32,000 bases of DNA from Planctomycetales bacterium (GCA_022646745.1 CP060262.1:1980001-2012000); one strand, 5' to 3'. Positions 8,711 to 16,672 are shown, counted from the stretch's first letter. Notes: generated by a model from the sequence alone, not told the origin. Made by a program: numbers and translations.

Positions 8711-9732
8711 TGAAGGGACTGATCCTCGCCGCCGGTCGCGGTAGCCGCCTGGCCCCGCTGACTGACACGGTTTCCAAGCCGCTGTTGCCACTGGCTAACC
8801 GGCCACTGATTGACTACCCGCTGCAGCAGCTGCTGGATGCCGGCATCACGGAGATCTGCATCGTTGCCAACCCGGACAACCGTAACGAACTGGAGGCTGC
8901 ACTGGATGGCACTGCGGCCCGGATGCACTACATCATCCAGCCGGAACCGCTCGGGCTGGCACATGCCGTCGGCTGCGCCCGTGAGTTCTGCGGCGGCAGT
9001 GAGTTCGTGCTGCTGTTCGCTGACAATGTGTTCCTGCAGCCGCTGGAGACCGGGCTCGCCGCCTGGCGTGAACTGCAGCCGAACTGCATCATCCACACCA
9101 TCGAACTGGATGACCCGCGCGCCTTCGGCGTGGCCGTGCTGGATGGGCAGCGCGTGGTGGACCTCGAGGAGAAGCCGGCGGTCCCACGCAGCAACCACGG
9201 CGTGATCGGCATCGACATCTTCACGCCGGAGATCTTTGAGGCGATTGACAGCATCCAGCCCAGCGCGCGTGGTGAGTATGAAATCACCGACGCAATGATG
9301 GAGCTGGTGCGCCGTGGCCGGCATGTACACGCCGTGCCCCTGATCGGACCCTGGTATGACACCGGTACCTTCGCCGACCTGATCCGCGCTCACCACTGCG
9401 CGATGGACACCTGGCAGCAGTTCGAGCTGGCGGACGGCATCGAGCAGCGCCAGAGCCATACCGTGTTCGACGTGGATGTACAGGCCGGCACCCGGCTGGA
9501 TGGCGCACGCCTGATCGGGCCGGTGCGCGTGGCGTCCGGTTGTGAGATCGTTGACAGCGTTCTCGAGGAGTACGTCTCCGTCGGGCGCGACTGCCGGATC
9601 CAGAGCTGCCATTTCACCAACGTCCAGCTGATGCCCGGCAGCCGGGTGCGGAACCTGGTCGCGCGCGACTGCATCATTGCGCCCGGCCTGCAGGTGACGG
9701 CAGAGGGCGAGAAGATTCCGCTGGACGGCTGA
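8710..9732 (+). CDS. sugar-1-phosphate nucleotidyltransferase (RmlA/GlmU-like fold with C-terminal left-handed beta-helix)
   Basis: MKGLILAAGRGSRLAPLT (GxGxRL motif), PLGLAHAV and EKP motifs, and hexapeptide-like repeats at the C-terminus. The ATG overlaps the galK TGA (TGATG at 8708-8712). The track start at 8701 (GTG) is judged less likely. Confidence 0.85.
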   Translation: MKGLILAAGRGSRLAPLTDTVSKPLLPLANRPLIDYPLQQLLDAGITEICIVANPDNRNELEAALDGTAARMHYIIQPEPLGLAHAVGCAREFCGGSEFVLLFADNVFLQPLETGLAAWRELQPNCIIHTIELDDPRAFGVAVLDGQRVVDLEEKPAVPRSNHGVIGIDIFTPEIFEAIDSIQPSARGEYEITDAMMELVRRGRHVHAVPLIGPWYDTGTFADLIRAHHCAMDTWQQFELADGIEQRQSHTVFDVDVQAGTRLDGARLIGPVRVASGCEIVDSVLEEYVSVGRDCRIQSCHFTNVQLMPGSRVRNLVARDCIIAPGLQVTAEGEKIPLDG

Positions 9733-9758
9733 GCCAGCGTGTTTGCTATGCTTTAGGC

Positions 9759-10826
9759 ATGCAACAGCGCGAGGCCACAAGCGTCCTGCCCGTCCACTGC
9801 TGGAACACCGCGGTGTCCTGCCTGGCCTGCCTCGCTGACAGCCTCAGCCTCGACCTGCCGTTCGAGCATGTCGCCGGCCTGAGCGGCGAGGCCTTCCGCC
9901 TGCCGCTGTTTGCCAACACCACCCCCGGCAGCTGGCAGCACAGCGTGAGCTGGCCACACGCCGCGCTCAACTGGATGGAGTCACTCGGCATCGATGCCGA
10001 GATATGCTGGACTGACAGCGCCGCCGCTTCCTCTGACAACTGGCACTCGAGGCAGCGCACGCTGATCAGCGAAACGCTTGGCAGCGGACTGCCGGTGATG
10101 TACTGGGACAACCTCGCCTGGTCAGTGATCCTTGCCGAGGATGCCGACAGCTACCTTGTGAGCGGCATCCCGGCGCTGCACATCCCGGACGGGCTGCCAC
10201 ATGCCGAAGCCCTGCGCCGGCGCAGCTTCGGGGCGGAGGGCCACGGCCCGGATGGTGCGTTCCGCATCCCGCGCGAGGAGCTGCGTCCTCTATTCGAAGG
10301 TGACCAGCTGTTCATCCATCCGCGCGGGCTGGCTGCATCCGATCCGGAGTACCGCCTGGCAATGGCGCTGGCGCGTGCCGCCAATGAACTGGGCGGTGTG
10401 GTGAACTGGCCGCGGCTGGTTGATTCATCCGGCCACAGGCTTGGCCCGCTGTTCGGTACGGCGGCGATGGAGCGCCTGGCGATGGAACTGAAGGGTGGTG
10501 AGCCGGGTCTGGATGGATTGATCAGCAGCATGCAGACCCTGCTGGAAATGCGGCGCGCTGCCCTGCGCTGGCTGTCGGACCTGGCGGCCGAGACGGAGGG
10601 TGAGCTGCAGCCGCGGCTTAAGCAGGCCGCGGAATTCATGCGCCGGATCGTAGCCGGGCTGAGGCCGGTCGCCGCTGATTTCGCGCTGCCGGCGGACCCG
10701 CGCACACAGCTCCGCAAGGAGCTGCTGGAGCGCAATGCGAATGCGCTGTATGAGGTGCGGCGCACCGAGGAGACACTGACCCGCCTGCTGCGCGGGATTT
10801 CCGGGGACTTCGGCGTTTTCAGCTAG
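9759..10826 (+). CDS. hypothetical protein (possibly BtrH-N / papain-like fold with a helical C-terminal domain; weak)
   Basis: 355-aa ORF with host-like codon usage, 26 nt after the nucleotidyltransferase. An N-terminal HCW motif and the overall length recall BtrH_N+DUF4872 proteins, but this is memory-based and unverified. Confidence 0.6.
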   Translation: MQQREATSVLPVHCWNTAVSCLACLADSLSLDLPFEHVAGLSGEAFRLPLFANTTPGSWQHSVSWPHAALNWMESLGIDAEICWTDSAAASSDNWHSRQRTLISETLGSGLPVMYWDNLAWSVILAEDADSYLVSGIPALHIPDGLPHAEALRRRSFGAEGHGPDGAFRIPREELRPLFEGDQLFIHPRGLAASDPEYRLAMALARAANELGGVVNWPRLVDSSGHRLGPLFGTAAMERLAMELKGGEPGLDGLISSMQTLLEMRRAALRWLSDLAAETEGELQPRLKQAAEFMRRIVAGLRPVAADFALPADPRTQLRKELLERNANALYEVRRTEETLTRLLRGISGDFGVFS

Positions 10827-10887
10827 GGCCCCCGTGAACGATCATTCTTAGTGAACGTCAGGCTGCTGTCCTGACAAGGAGAATGCA

Positions 10888-11376
10888 ATGCAAGGTAATT
10901 TCTTACGCAGAACGCAGATATTCATCCTGCTGGCCTTCATGGCCGGCATGTTCGCCGGTTCAGCCATGCAGCCCACGCGGGCGATGGCGGGCTGGGACCT
11001 CGGCGACCTGATCAAGGACGGCGCCAAGGGAGCGATCGTCGGCGGTGGTATCGCCTACCTGGTGAAGCAGAACGCCAAGGACATCGACAAGACGATCAAC
11101 AAGCTCTACAAGGACAATGACTTCCCGATCGGGGCCGCGACGAGGGTCGTGCCGATCGTCGATGCGCTGGGCACCAAGCACGTCGGTGCCGCCCAGATCG
11201 TTGGGCCGCAGGCTGCTGTGGATGAGGTATCCAGCGTTGTGCTGCTGGAGACAAGCTTCCTCGACAAGGTCTTCCGCATCAACGGTTACGTGCCGGTGAA
11301 GGGCAACGTGGACGACCTGAAGCGTGTTGCCGGAGTCGGCGTGAGCGCGGTGATTGATGTTAAGGTGGCGCCGTAG
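10888..11376 (+). CDS. small secreted hypothetical protein
   Basis: SD AAGGAG lies 7 nt upstream. Signal peptide is MQGNFLRRTQIFILLAFMAGMFAGSAMQPTRAMA. No family recognised. Confidence 0.65.
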   Translation: MQGNFLRRTQIFILLAFMAGMFAGSAMQPTRAMAGWDLGDLIKDGAKGAIVGGGIAYLVKQNAKDIDKTINKLYKDNDFPIGAATRVVPIVDALGTKHVGAAQIVGPQAAVDEVSSVVLLETSFLDKVFRINGYVPVKGNVDDLKRVAGVGVSAVIDVKVAP

Positions 11377-11523
11377 GAATAAAGCGCCGCAGCTGTGCGG
11401 CTTCATGTAACCGATGAGCCGCGCAGTCGTCCTAGAAAAGCAATGAGCGACGGAGTCCTGGAACTCCGCCGCCTGCTTTGGGGAAGCAACTTGTTCTACC
11501 CTGTGCAAAGGGCAGGATAAACA

Positions 11524-11559
11524 GGCGGGTGGTCATTGGCCATCCGCCGTTGCTTTTTT
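11524..11559 (+). terminator. intrinsic terminator about 150 nt downstream of the 10888-11376 gene
   Basis: 9-bp stem ggcgggtgg/ccatccgcc (one G-U pair), 7-nt loop, then gttgcTTTTTT. Confidence 0.5.
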
Positions 11560-11716
11560 CTGGAGCTACCCGCTTTAGCGGTAGTAGCGCACAGTATTTG
11601 CGCAACTGGGAATACCGCTTGCTTGCCAAATGACGAACCTTTCCATTTGCATTGCTGGCATTGGCCTGGCAATTCTTTGGTTTACATGATTTGTCATTAT
11701 ATGATATCATGTCGAC

Positions 11717-12334
11717 ATGAAGTTCGATGGACATCGGGGATTCTACAAGTCACAGCGCTTACCACATTTTGATTCGGCAGGTTTGATTCAATTTGTCACA
11801 ATTGCCCTGGCTGATGCTGCTCCCAAAACAAGGAAACCGCTAACTGCAGGATCAAAGCAGAATAGTGACCAGCAATTCATGGAGATGGATTCAATCCTGG
11901 ATACTTCAAGGGGAGTCTGTCTGTTTAGAATGCCACGGCTTGCCTGGATTGCCGGTGACCTTGCCAGGCAGGGAGAATACCTCGGTTGTATTCCCTTGGC
12001 GTGGGTAATTATGCCCAATCATGCGCATCTGCTGTTTGGTCAGACAAAAGGCACCATGCTCAGTGAGGTCGTCAGGAAATTCAAGGGCAGGAGTGCTTAC
12101 CTTATCAATGCTGAGACAGGAAAGTCCGGGAAAGTCTGGCAAAAAGGATACTTTGACCGTGCCATGCGTGACCTGAACCACTTCGCAGCTACATTGGAAT
12201 ATATCCATGAGAATCCAGTGAAGGCAGGGCTTGCATCCCGGGCTGAAGACTGGAAGCAAAGCAGTATTCATGATACTTCGTTGGAATTGGCAATCAGCGT
12301 GATTGAGCAAAAGGGGTTGCTGTCGGTATCTTGA
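11717..12334 (+). CDS. REP-associated tyrosine transposase (RAYT, IS200/IS605-like Y1 HUH family)
   Basis: HUH motif in VIMPNHAHLLF, then KVWQKGYFDRAMRD, and a catalytic Tyr context in YIHENPVKAGL. Confidence 0.85.
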   Translation: MKFDGHRGFYKSQRLPHFDSAGLIQFVTIALADAAPKTRKPLTAGSKQNSDQQFMEMDSILDTSRGVCLFRMPRLAWIAGDLARQGEYLGCIPLAWVIMPNHAHLLFGQTKGTMLSEVVRKFKGRSAYLINAETGKSGKVWQKGYFDRAMRDLNHFAATLEYIHENPVKAGLASRAEDWKQSSIHDTSLELAISVIEQKGLLSVS

Positions 12335-12414
12335 AGGAGCAGGTTGGCAACGAGGGAACCTCATCCCGTTGAGTACCCAATGGGATAGATCCCGGATAAA
12401 ACCATGGTCCTTGT

Positions 12415-12461
12415 TACCGCTAAAGCGGGCAGCTAGGACTACCGCTAAAGCGGGTAGCTCC
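12415..12461 (-). repeat. two REP copies in inverted orientation relative to 11562
   Basis: taccgctaaagcgggcagct (12415-12434) and actaccgctaaagcgggtagctcc (12438-12461). The second abuts the nadX stop codon. Confidence 0.85.
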
Positions 12462-13255
12462 TACCCAATCCGTAGGCTGCTGCCGAGGTTACCCAGCACG
12501 GCAATGGCGCTCAGGGCCGCCAGGTAGCTCGTCTTCGGGTTCTCCGGGAAGGGTACATTGCGGGAAGTGAACTCCACTTCGCCCGCCGCGCCGCGTGCCA
12601 CCAGGTGGTGTACATTACGGTCGATCGCCGGGTCGGCGATCAGGCGCATGCGGGTCCGCTCAGGGCCGATCCCCGCCAGGCTGAGCGCCACCGCCACATT
12701 CGTGTTCTTCGGGTAGAGCCTGATCACTTCGGCCGCCGTACCCTCAAACACCACGGTCTCCTCCGTCACATCGAGCCCCAGCCCGGCAGGCGGCTTGCGG
12801 CTGGTCAGTTCGACGCTTTCCAGCCCGGCCTGCCGCAGTGCCAGTACGGCATCCAGTCCGCCAAGCGCGCCGCTTAGCACATGCACCGCGGGCTCATGCG
12901 CGGGCCGGTTATGGAATTCCACATCCAGCAGGCCGCCGACTGACAGCACCACGATGTGCTGGTCGCCGCTGCGACCTGCAGACACAGAGCGTGCACACTC
13001 GACAAGCGGAGCCACGGCACTGGGATGCGCACATTCCACGATCACATCGCTATCCCGGCACAGCTCCTCAAGTGTTGAGGCGGCGGGCTGCTCACCGGCC
13101 AGCTCCATCAAGGCCTCAGCGCGCGCGGCCTCACTGTCAAGCACATGCGCCAGCCGGTAGCTGAGCCGGCCATCCAGCAGCGCCTTGACGATGGCCGTCC
13201 CGATGCAGCCTGCACCGAGGATCCCCAGCCGGGTCGTATGCGATTCAGTCTCCAT
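12461..13255 (-). CDS. nadX: L-aspartate dehydrogenase
   Basis: N-terminal GILGAGCIG Rossmann motif. The C-terminal half aligns by eye with Thermotoga NadX (SGALGGLD, KPPAGLGLD, VVFEGTA, PKNTNVA, ADPA, ENPKTS). SD GAGGAG lies 5 nt upstream. Confidence 0.82.
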   Translation of the reverse strand: METESHTTRLGILGAGCIGTAIVKALLDGRLSYRLAHVLDSEAARAEALMELAGEQPAASTLEELCRDSDVIVECAHPSAVAPLVECARSVSAGRSGDQHIVVLSVGGLLDVEFHNRPAHEPAVHVLSGALGGLDAVLALRQAGLESVELTSRKPPAGLGLDVTEETVVFEGTAAEVIRLYPKNTNVAVALSLAGIGPERTRMRLIADPAIDRNVHHLVARGAAGEVEFTSRNVPFPENPKTSYLAALSAIAVLGNLGSSLRIG

Positions 13256-13273
13256 TTCCGCTCCTCAAAGTGA

Positions 13274-13300
13274 AACGGGACACCACCAGGGTGTCCCGTT
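13274..13300 (-). terminator. hairpin downstream of the 13331-14041 gene
   Basis: 11-bp perfect stem aacgggacacc/ggtgtcccgtt. Only a short T-stretch follows on the minus strand. Confidence 0.45.
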
Positions 13301-13330
13301 GTCATTTACCAAATTGCTTGTACTTAACTT

Positions 13331-14041
13331 CTACTTGCCCCAGGTTTCGCTGGAGCCGGTCTCCTCACCACCTGGCGGTGTATCATCGGGCTCCTCGTCC
13401 GCGGCTCCGCTCACGACATCCACTTCCTTGGCCATGAACATCTTCAGGTTGCTGAGCTGCTGCATGTCCTTGTCATCCATGCCTGGGATGGCGGAGAAGT
13501 CCATCACGAAGGGCTTGCCGTAGGCGATGATCCTGTCGCCGGGCTGGGCCTTCGTCGGAGCGTTGCTGCTGTCGATCACCATGAATCCACCCTCGACAAG
13601 GTACATCGTACCCTGCTGGCCGGACTGGTTCTGGAAATCGCTGGACTGCCAGTCGCCGGAGCTGCTGCTGCCGCCGAAATAGGTGCGGCCGAACTCCTCC
13701 GGTGTCATCACCGTGCAGTTCATCGCCACCCACTGGCTGGTGTAGCCGGAGGGGTTGCCGGCCACGACGGTGGCATCCTCACTCTGGGCCTGGGCACGGA
13801 TCGTTGCCGCATCCGTGCTTTCCAGCTCCATTGCCACCTTCATCGCACCACCGGCGATCTTGTTGACGAAGTTGAAGCCGGCAAATCCCATTATGATGGC
13901 GATGATCACGACCACGCCGCAGCCGATGCCGCAACAGGCCAGCCAGTTGAAACCCTTCTTCTTGGGCGGCGGGCCGTAGGTCGGTTCCATCGGCTGGTAG
14001 CCGCCGCCTGGATCCTGGCTTCCCTGGTTGTAGCTGTCCAT
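13331..14041 (-). CDS. single-pass membrane protein, Pro/Gly-rich cytoplasmic N-terminus (hypothetical)
   Basis: SD GGGAG lies 6 nt upstream. TM segment is WLACCGIGCGVVVIIAIIMGFAGF. The extracytoplasmic domain resembles that of the next gene. Confidence 0.7.
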   Translation of the reverse strand: MDSYNQGSQDPGGGYQPMEPTYGPPPKKKGFNWLACCGIGCGVVVIIAIIMGFAGFNFVNKIAGGAMKVAMELESTDAATIRAQAQSEDATVVAGNPSGYTSQWVAMNCTVMTPEEFGRTYFGGSSSSGDWQSSDFQNQSGQQGTMYLVEGGFMVIDSSNAPTKAQPGDRIIAYGKPFVMDFSAIPGMDDKDMQQLSNLKMFMAKEVDVVSGAADEEPDDTPPGGEETGSSETWGK

Positions 14042-14148
14042 GTCAGTCTCCCAATTCCCTGATTGCTTGCGGCATCCCTGCCCGCAATTATTTTACAGGA
14101 AGTGACGCGCAAAGGTTTCAGGGCAACTTGAGCAGGGCCTGAAATGGA

Positions 14149-14172
14149 AACGGCCCGCCGTGGCGGGCCGTT
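14149..14172 (-). terminator. intrinsic terminator of the 14198-14863 gene
   Basis: GC-rich stem aacggcccgcc/ggcgggccgtt, followed on the minus strand by tccatttc. Confidence 0.55.
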
Positions 14173-14197
14173 GTCCTTCCAGATTCAGCAGTTGCTG

Positions 14198-14863
14198 TCA
14201 GCGCTTGATCACTCCGTCAAGGTTGCTGCCGGCAACTTCAGTCTTCGGCACGTCGAGCTGGTCCACTCCCTTGGACAGGAAGAAGATCACCTCCTCGTTT
14301 TCATCCAGGCTGCCGCCGAATTCCTTCTGCAGGTCCTCGCCAAGCACCGGCACATTGAACAGGTCACCGACGCGCAGCACGAACACCTTGCCGTGCCCCT
14401 GGATGTGGTCACCATCGCTGAACTGCTTCTTGCCGCCACTGATGTCGACGAACACAACCTGGTCGTCAAGCACATAGCTGCTGTAGTTCTCTCCGTCAAA
14501 CACCTCGCTTGCCATGTTGGTGGACACGGCGATCGACTGCTCCTTGCTGACGAAGCCGTCAAGCACCACGAAGCGGTCATCAAGCCCGTGCGGGCTGGCA
14601 ATCAGGTCGGCCGCTGAGGTATGGTGCGCCTGCTCGCTGATCTGGGCCAGCGTCAGTTCGTCCATGGCCTTGACGCCCTCATAGAGGCGCTCGGCCTGCT
14701 GGATCAGCTTGTTCTCGCGGAATTCATGCAGCAGCATTGAACCGAGGATGCCGCCGCCGATGAACAGTGCCAGCAGCACCGGCCGCCACCAGCGGATGCG
14801 CTCGGGCTTGCTGGCGTTGGTGTTGATGTCTGCGTTGTCTTCGTGGTTAATGGACTGACCCAT
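14198..14863 (-). CDS. single-pass membrane protein (hypothetical), weak paralog of 13331-14041
   Basis: ATG at 14863 has GGAG 6 nt upstream; the track start at 14866 is a GTG. TM segment is WWRPVLLALFIGGGILGSMLL. Confidence 0.7.
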   Translation of the reverse strand: MGQSINHEDNADINTNASKPERIRWWRPVLLALFIGGGILGSMLLHEFRENKLIQQAERLYEGVKAMDELTLAQISEQAHHTSAADLIASPHGLDDRFVVLDGFVSKEQSIAVSTNMASEVFDGENYSSYVLDDQVVFVDISGGKKQFSDGDHIQGHGKVFVLRVGDLFNVPVLGEDLQKEFGGSLDENEEVIFFLSKGVDQLDVPKTEVAGSNLDGVIKR

Positions 14864-14957
14864 CACATTCTCCAGGCTGGGGTTTTCCTGGAAGTGTAAC
14901 GGGATGACGGGCCGGGGACACGGAGTTCACCGCTATTTGACGACGGCAGCCCGGATT

Positions 14958-15869
14958 TTACTCGGCAATCCCGCTGCGCTGCTTGACCATCACGAGCGCC
15001 CGGCCGCCATCCTCGAACCACATCTCATCCATCAGCGAGCGGATCAGCAGCAGGCCGCGCCCGCTGCTGCGGAACAGCAGCTCGGGTTCCACGTCCTTGA
15101 AGTGGTTGTCAAAGTCAAAACCGGTGCCCTGGTCGCGCACCCTTAGGCTCATGCGGGTCTCGCTGATCTGCAGGTTGACCTCGATCTGCTTCTCGCGGTT
15201 AACGGGGTCCTGCATGCGCTCCATCAGGAAGTCCCGCCAGGCCTGCTGGCTGGTCTCCAGCAGCCGGCTCTTCTCGTCACCGGGGATGCCGAGGTTGCCA
15301 TGCTCGAATGCATTCGTCAGCGCCTCGTACATGCAGACCTTCACGTCGTGCAGGTTCTCGTCGTTGACAAGCCAGCGCGCCCGCAGGTGCGAGAACACAT
15401 AGTTGATCACGGTATTGAGGAATTCGAAGTCGCTGGGGATCGCCAGGCGGATGTTCTCATCCTCGATGTACTTGATGATCTCGCGCTGGTCAGCTTCCTC
15501 GGCCAGCTTGCGGAAGGTCTTCTCAATCGTCTCGATGACATCATTGATGTCAAAGGGCTTCTTGATGAAGTCCTCCGCACCGAGGTGGATGGCCTCGATC
15601 GCGTCGTCCAGCGTGCCGTATCCAGTGATGATGATCACGGGGATACCGGGCTTGATGGCCTTCAGGTTGCGCAGCAGCTCAATCCCGTTCATTTCGCTCA
15701 TCATCAGGTCACTGATCACGAGGTCAATGTTATGGTCCTTGAACAGCTCGAGGGCTGGAACGCCATCGCCGGCGGTATGCACCTTGTAGTCAGTCGACTG
15801 TTCAAGCTTGCGCTTGAGCACATTGCGGATGATCTCCTCATCGTCGACTATCAGGATGGTGCGTTGCAT
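14958..15869 (-). CDS. response regulator: receiver domain fused to an RsbW/SpoIIAB-like HATPase (serine kinase/anti-sigma type) domain
   Basis: REC motifs ILIVDDEE, DLVISDLMM and PVIIITGYG. The C-terminus has N-box EALTNAFEHGN, G1 VRDQGTGFD and G2 GRGLLLIRSLMD. ATG at 15869 is preferred over TTG at 15875. Confidence 0.85.
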   Translation of the reverse strand: MQRTILIVDDEEIIRNVLKRKLEQSTDYKVHTAGDGVPALELFKDHNIDLVISDLMMSEMNGIELLRNLKAIKPGIPVIIITGYGTLDDAIEAIHLGAEDFIKKPFDINDVIETIEKTFRKLAEEADQREIIKYIEDENIRLAIPSDFEFLNTVINYVFSHLRARWLVNDENLHDVKVCMYEALTNAFEHGNLGIPGDEKSRLLETSQQAWRDFLMERMQDPVNREKQIEVNLQISETRMSLRVRDQGTGFDFDNHFKDVEPELLFRSSGRGLLLIRSLMDEMWFEDGGRALVMVKQRSGIAE

Positions 15870-15929
15870 ATTCAATTGGGGCGCGTGTTGCGCTTTGGCA
15901 GATTATATCGCGCAGGTTCCTGACGGAAA

Positions 15930-15956
15930 TTGCAATAAAGAGGAAACTGGTAAAAT
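15930..15956 (+). promoter_or_regulatory. candidate sigma70-type promoter (TTGCAA-N15-TAAAAT)
   Basis: Hexamer match only, the spacer is short, and it lies upstream of the small ORF at 16004. Confidence 0.2.
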
Positions 15957-16003
15957 ATGAATTGGCCTGGGGGAAAGATCAGGTCAGGAGAGTGGCTTTA
16001 GCC

Positions 16004-16228
16004 ATGTCAATCTGGGTTTTCGTACTAATAGGTGTAGCGGTGGGGTCAGTCGCATTGTTCGTCCATGTGCAGCTGTGGATGCACGATCCACGCCGCCGCC
16101 AGTTCAACGAGGAATGGTTCAGGCAGTTTGAGAGCTTCCGTCGTTCCCGTTACGACAGCCGGGAGATGCTCGACAGTGTGGAAGGTTTCAGCGAGCACTT
16201 CCACCGCGATCCTTCCATTGCAGGCTGA
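16004..16228 (+). CDS. small membrane protein (hypothetical)
   Basis: Host-like codon usage and a TM helix IWVFVLIGVAVGSVALFV. The start is uncertain: the track gives TTG 15962 and I prefer ATG 16004. The stop is 3 nt from the convergent ruvX stop. Confidence 0.4.
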   Translation: MSIWVFVLIGVAVGSVALFVHVQLWMHDPRRRQFNEEWFRQFESFRRSRYDSREMLDSVEGFSEHFHRDPSIAG

Positions 16229-16231
16229 ACA

Positions 16232-16672
16232 TCAATCCCGGGACCGGTGCCGGCCGTAATCCAGCCAGGACTGCAGAATCACAGCGGCTGCATGTGCGTC
16301 AATATCCTTCTGCTTTGCCGACTTGCCCGTGCGTCTGCGCACACCCTCGCGTGGTCCAGGTCCGGACATTGCCAGATCACTGGAGAACCGTTCATCCTGG
16401 AACTCGACGGACCAGCCCAGCTCCGCTTGAATCTGCGCTGCAAGTTCGCGGGCCAGTCTGGCTGATTCACCTTCACGGCCCCGCAAATCAAGCGGCAGGC
16501 CCATTATCACCTTGTCAACTGTGAATTCTTTCACGGATTCCTTTAGCCGTTTGGCAAAACCCGAAATTGGATTTGTGTGTATAATCAGATATGGGGATGC
16601 CAGTGTGCATGACGGATCAGCCACGGATATACCGGTACGCACGCTTCCCGCATCGAGGCCGATGATGCGCAT
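16232..16672 (-). CDS. ruvX: Holliday-junction resolvase-like nuclease RuvX/YqgF
   Basis: MRIIGLDAGSVRTGISVAD, VIMGLPL and ERFSS motifs, and IDAHAAAVILQSWL at the C-terminus. The track ORF extends upstream to 16936, but that N-terminal extension has no homology-like features. ATG 16705 is an alternative start. Confidence 0.85.
   Translation of the reverse strand: MRIIGLDAGSVRTGISVADPSCTLASPYLIIHTNPISGFAKRLKESVKEFTVDKVIMGLPLDLRGREGESARLARELAAQIQAELGWSVEFQDERFSSDLAMSGPGPREGVRRRTGKSAKQKDIDAHAAAVILQSWLDYGRHRSRD

Larger units (their letters stand above)
11562..12461 (+). mobile_element. REPtron: RAYT gene flanked by inverted REP hairpins
   Basis: The 24-nt GGAGCTACCCGCTTTAGCGGTAGT at 11562-11585 has its exact reverse complement at 12438-12461, plus a degenerate copy at 12415-12434. 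The enclosed region is about 43-45% GC against about 62% background. Confidence 0.8.

Noticed and set aside
8599-9780. 393-aa minus-strand ORF
   Set aside because: It is antisense to the nucleotidyltransferase gene and the end of galK, has no motifs, and has shadow-frame composition.
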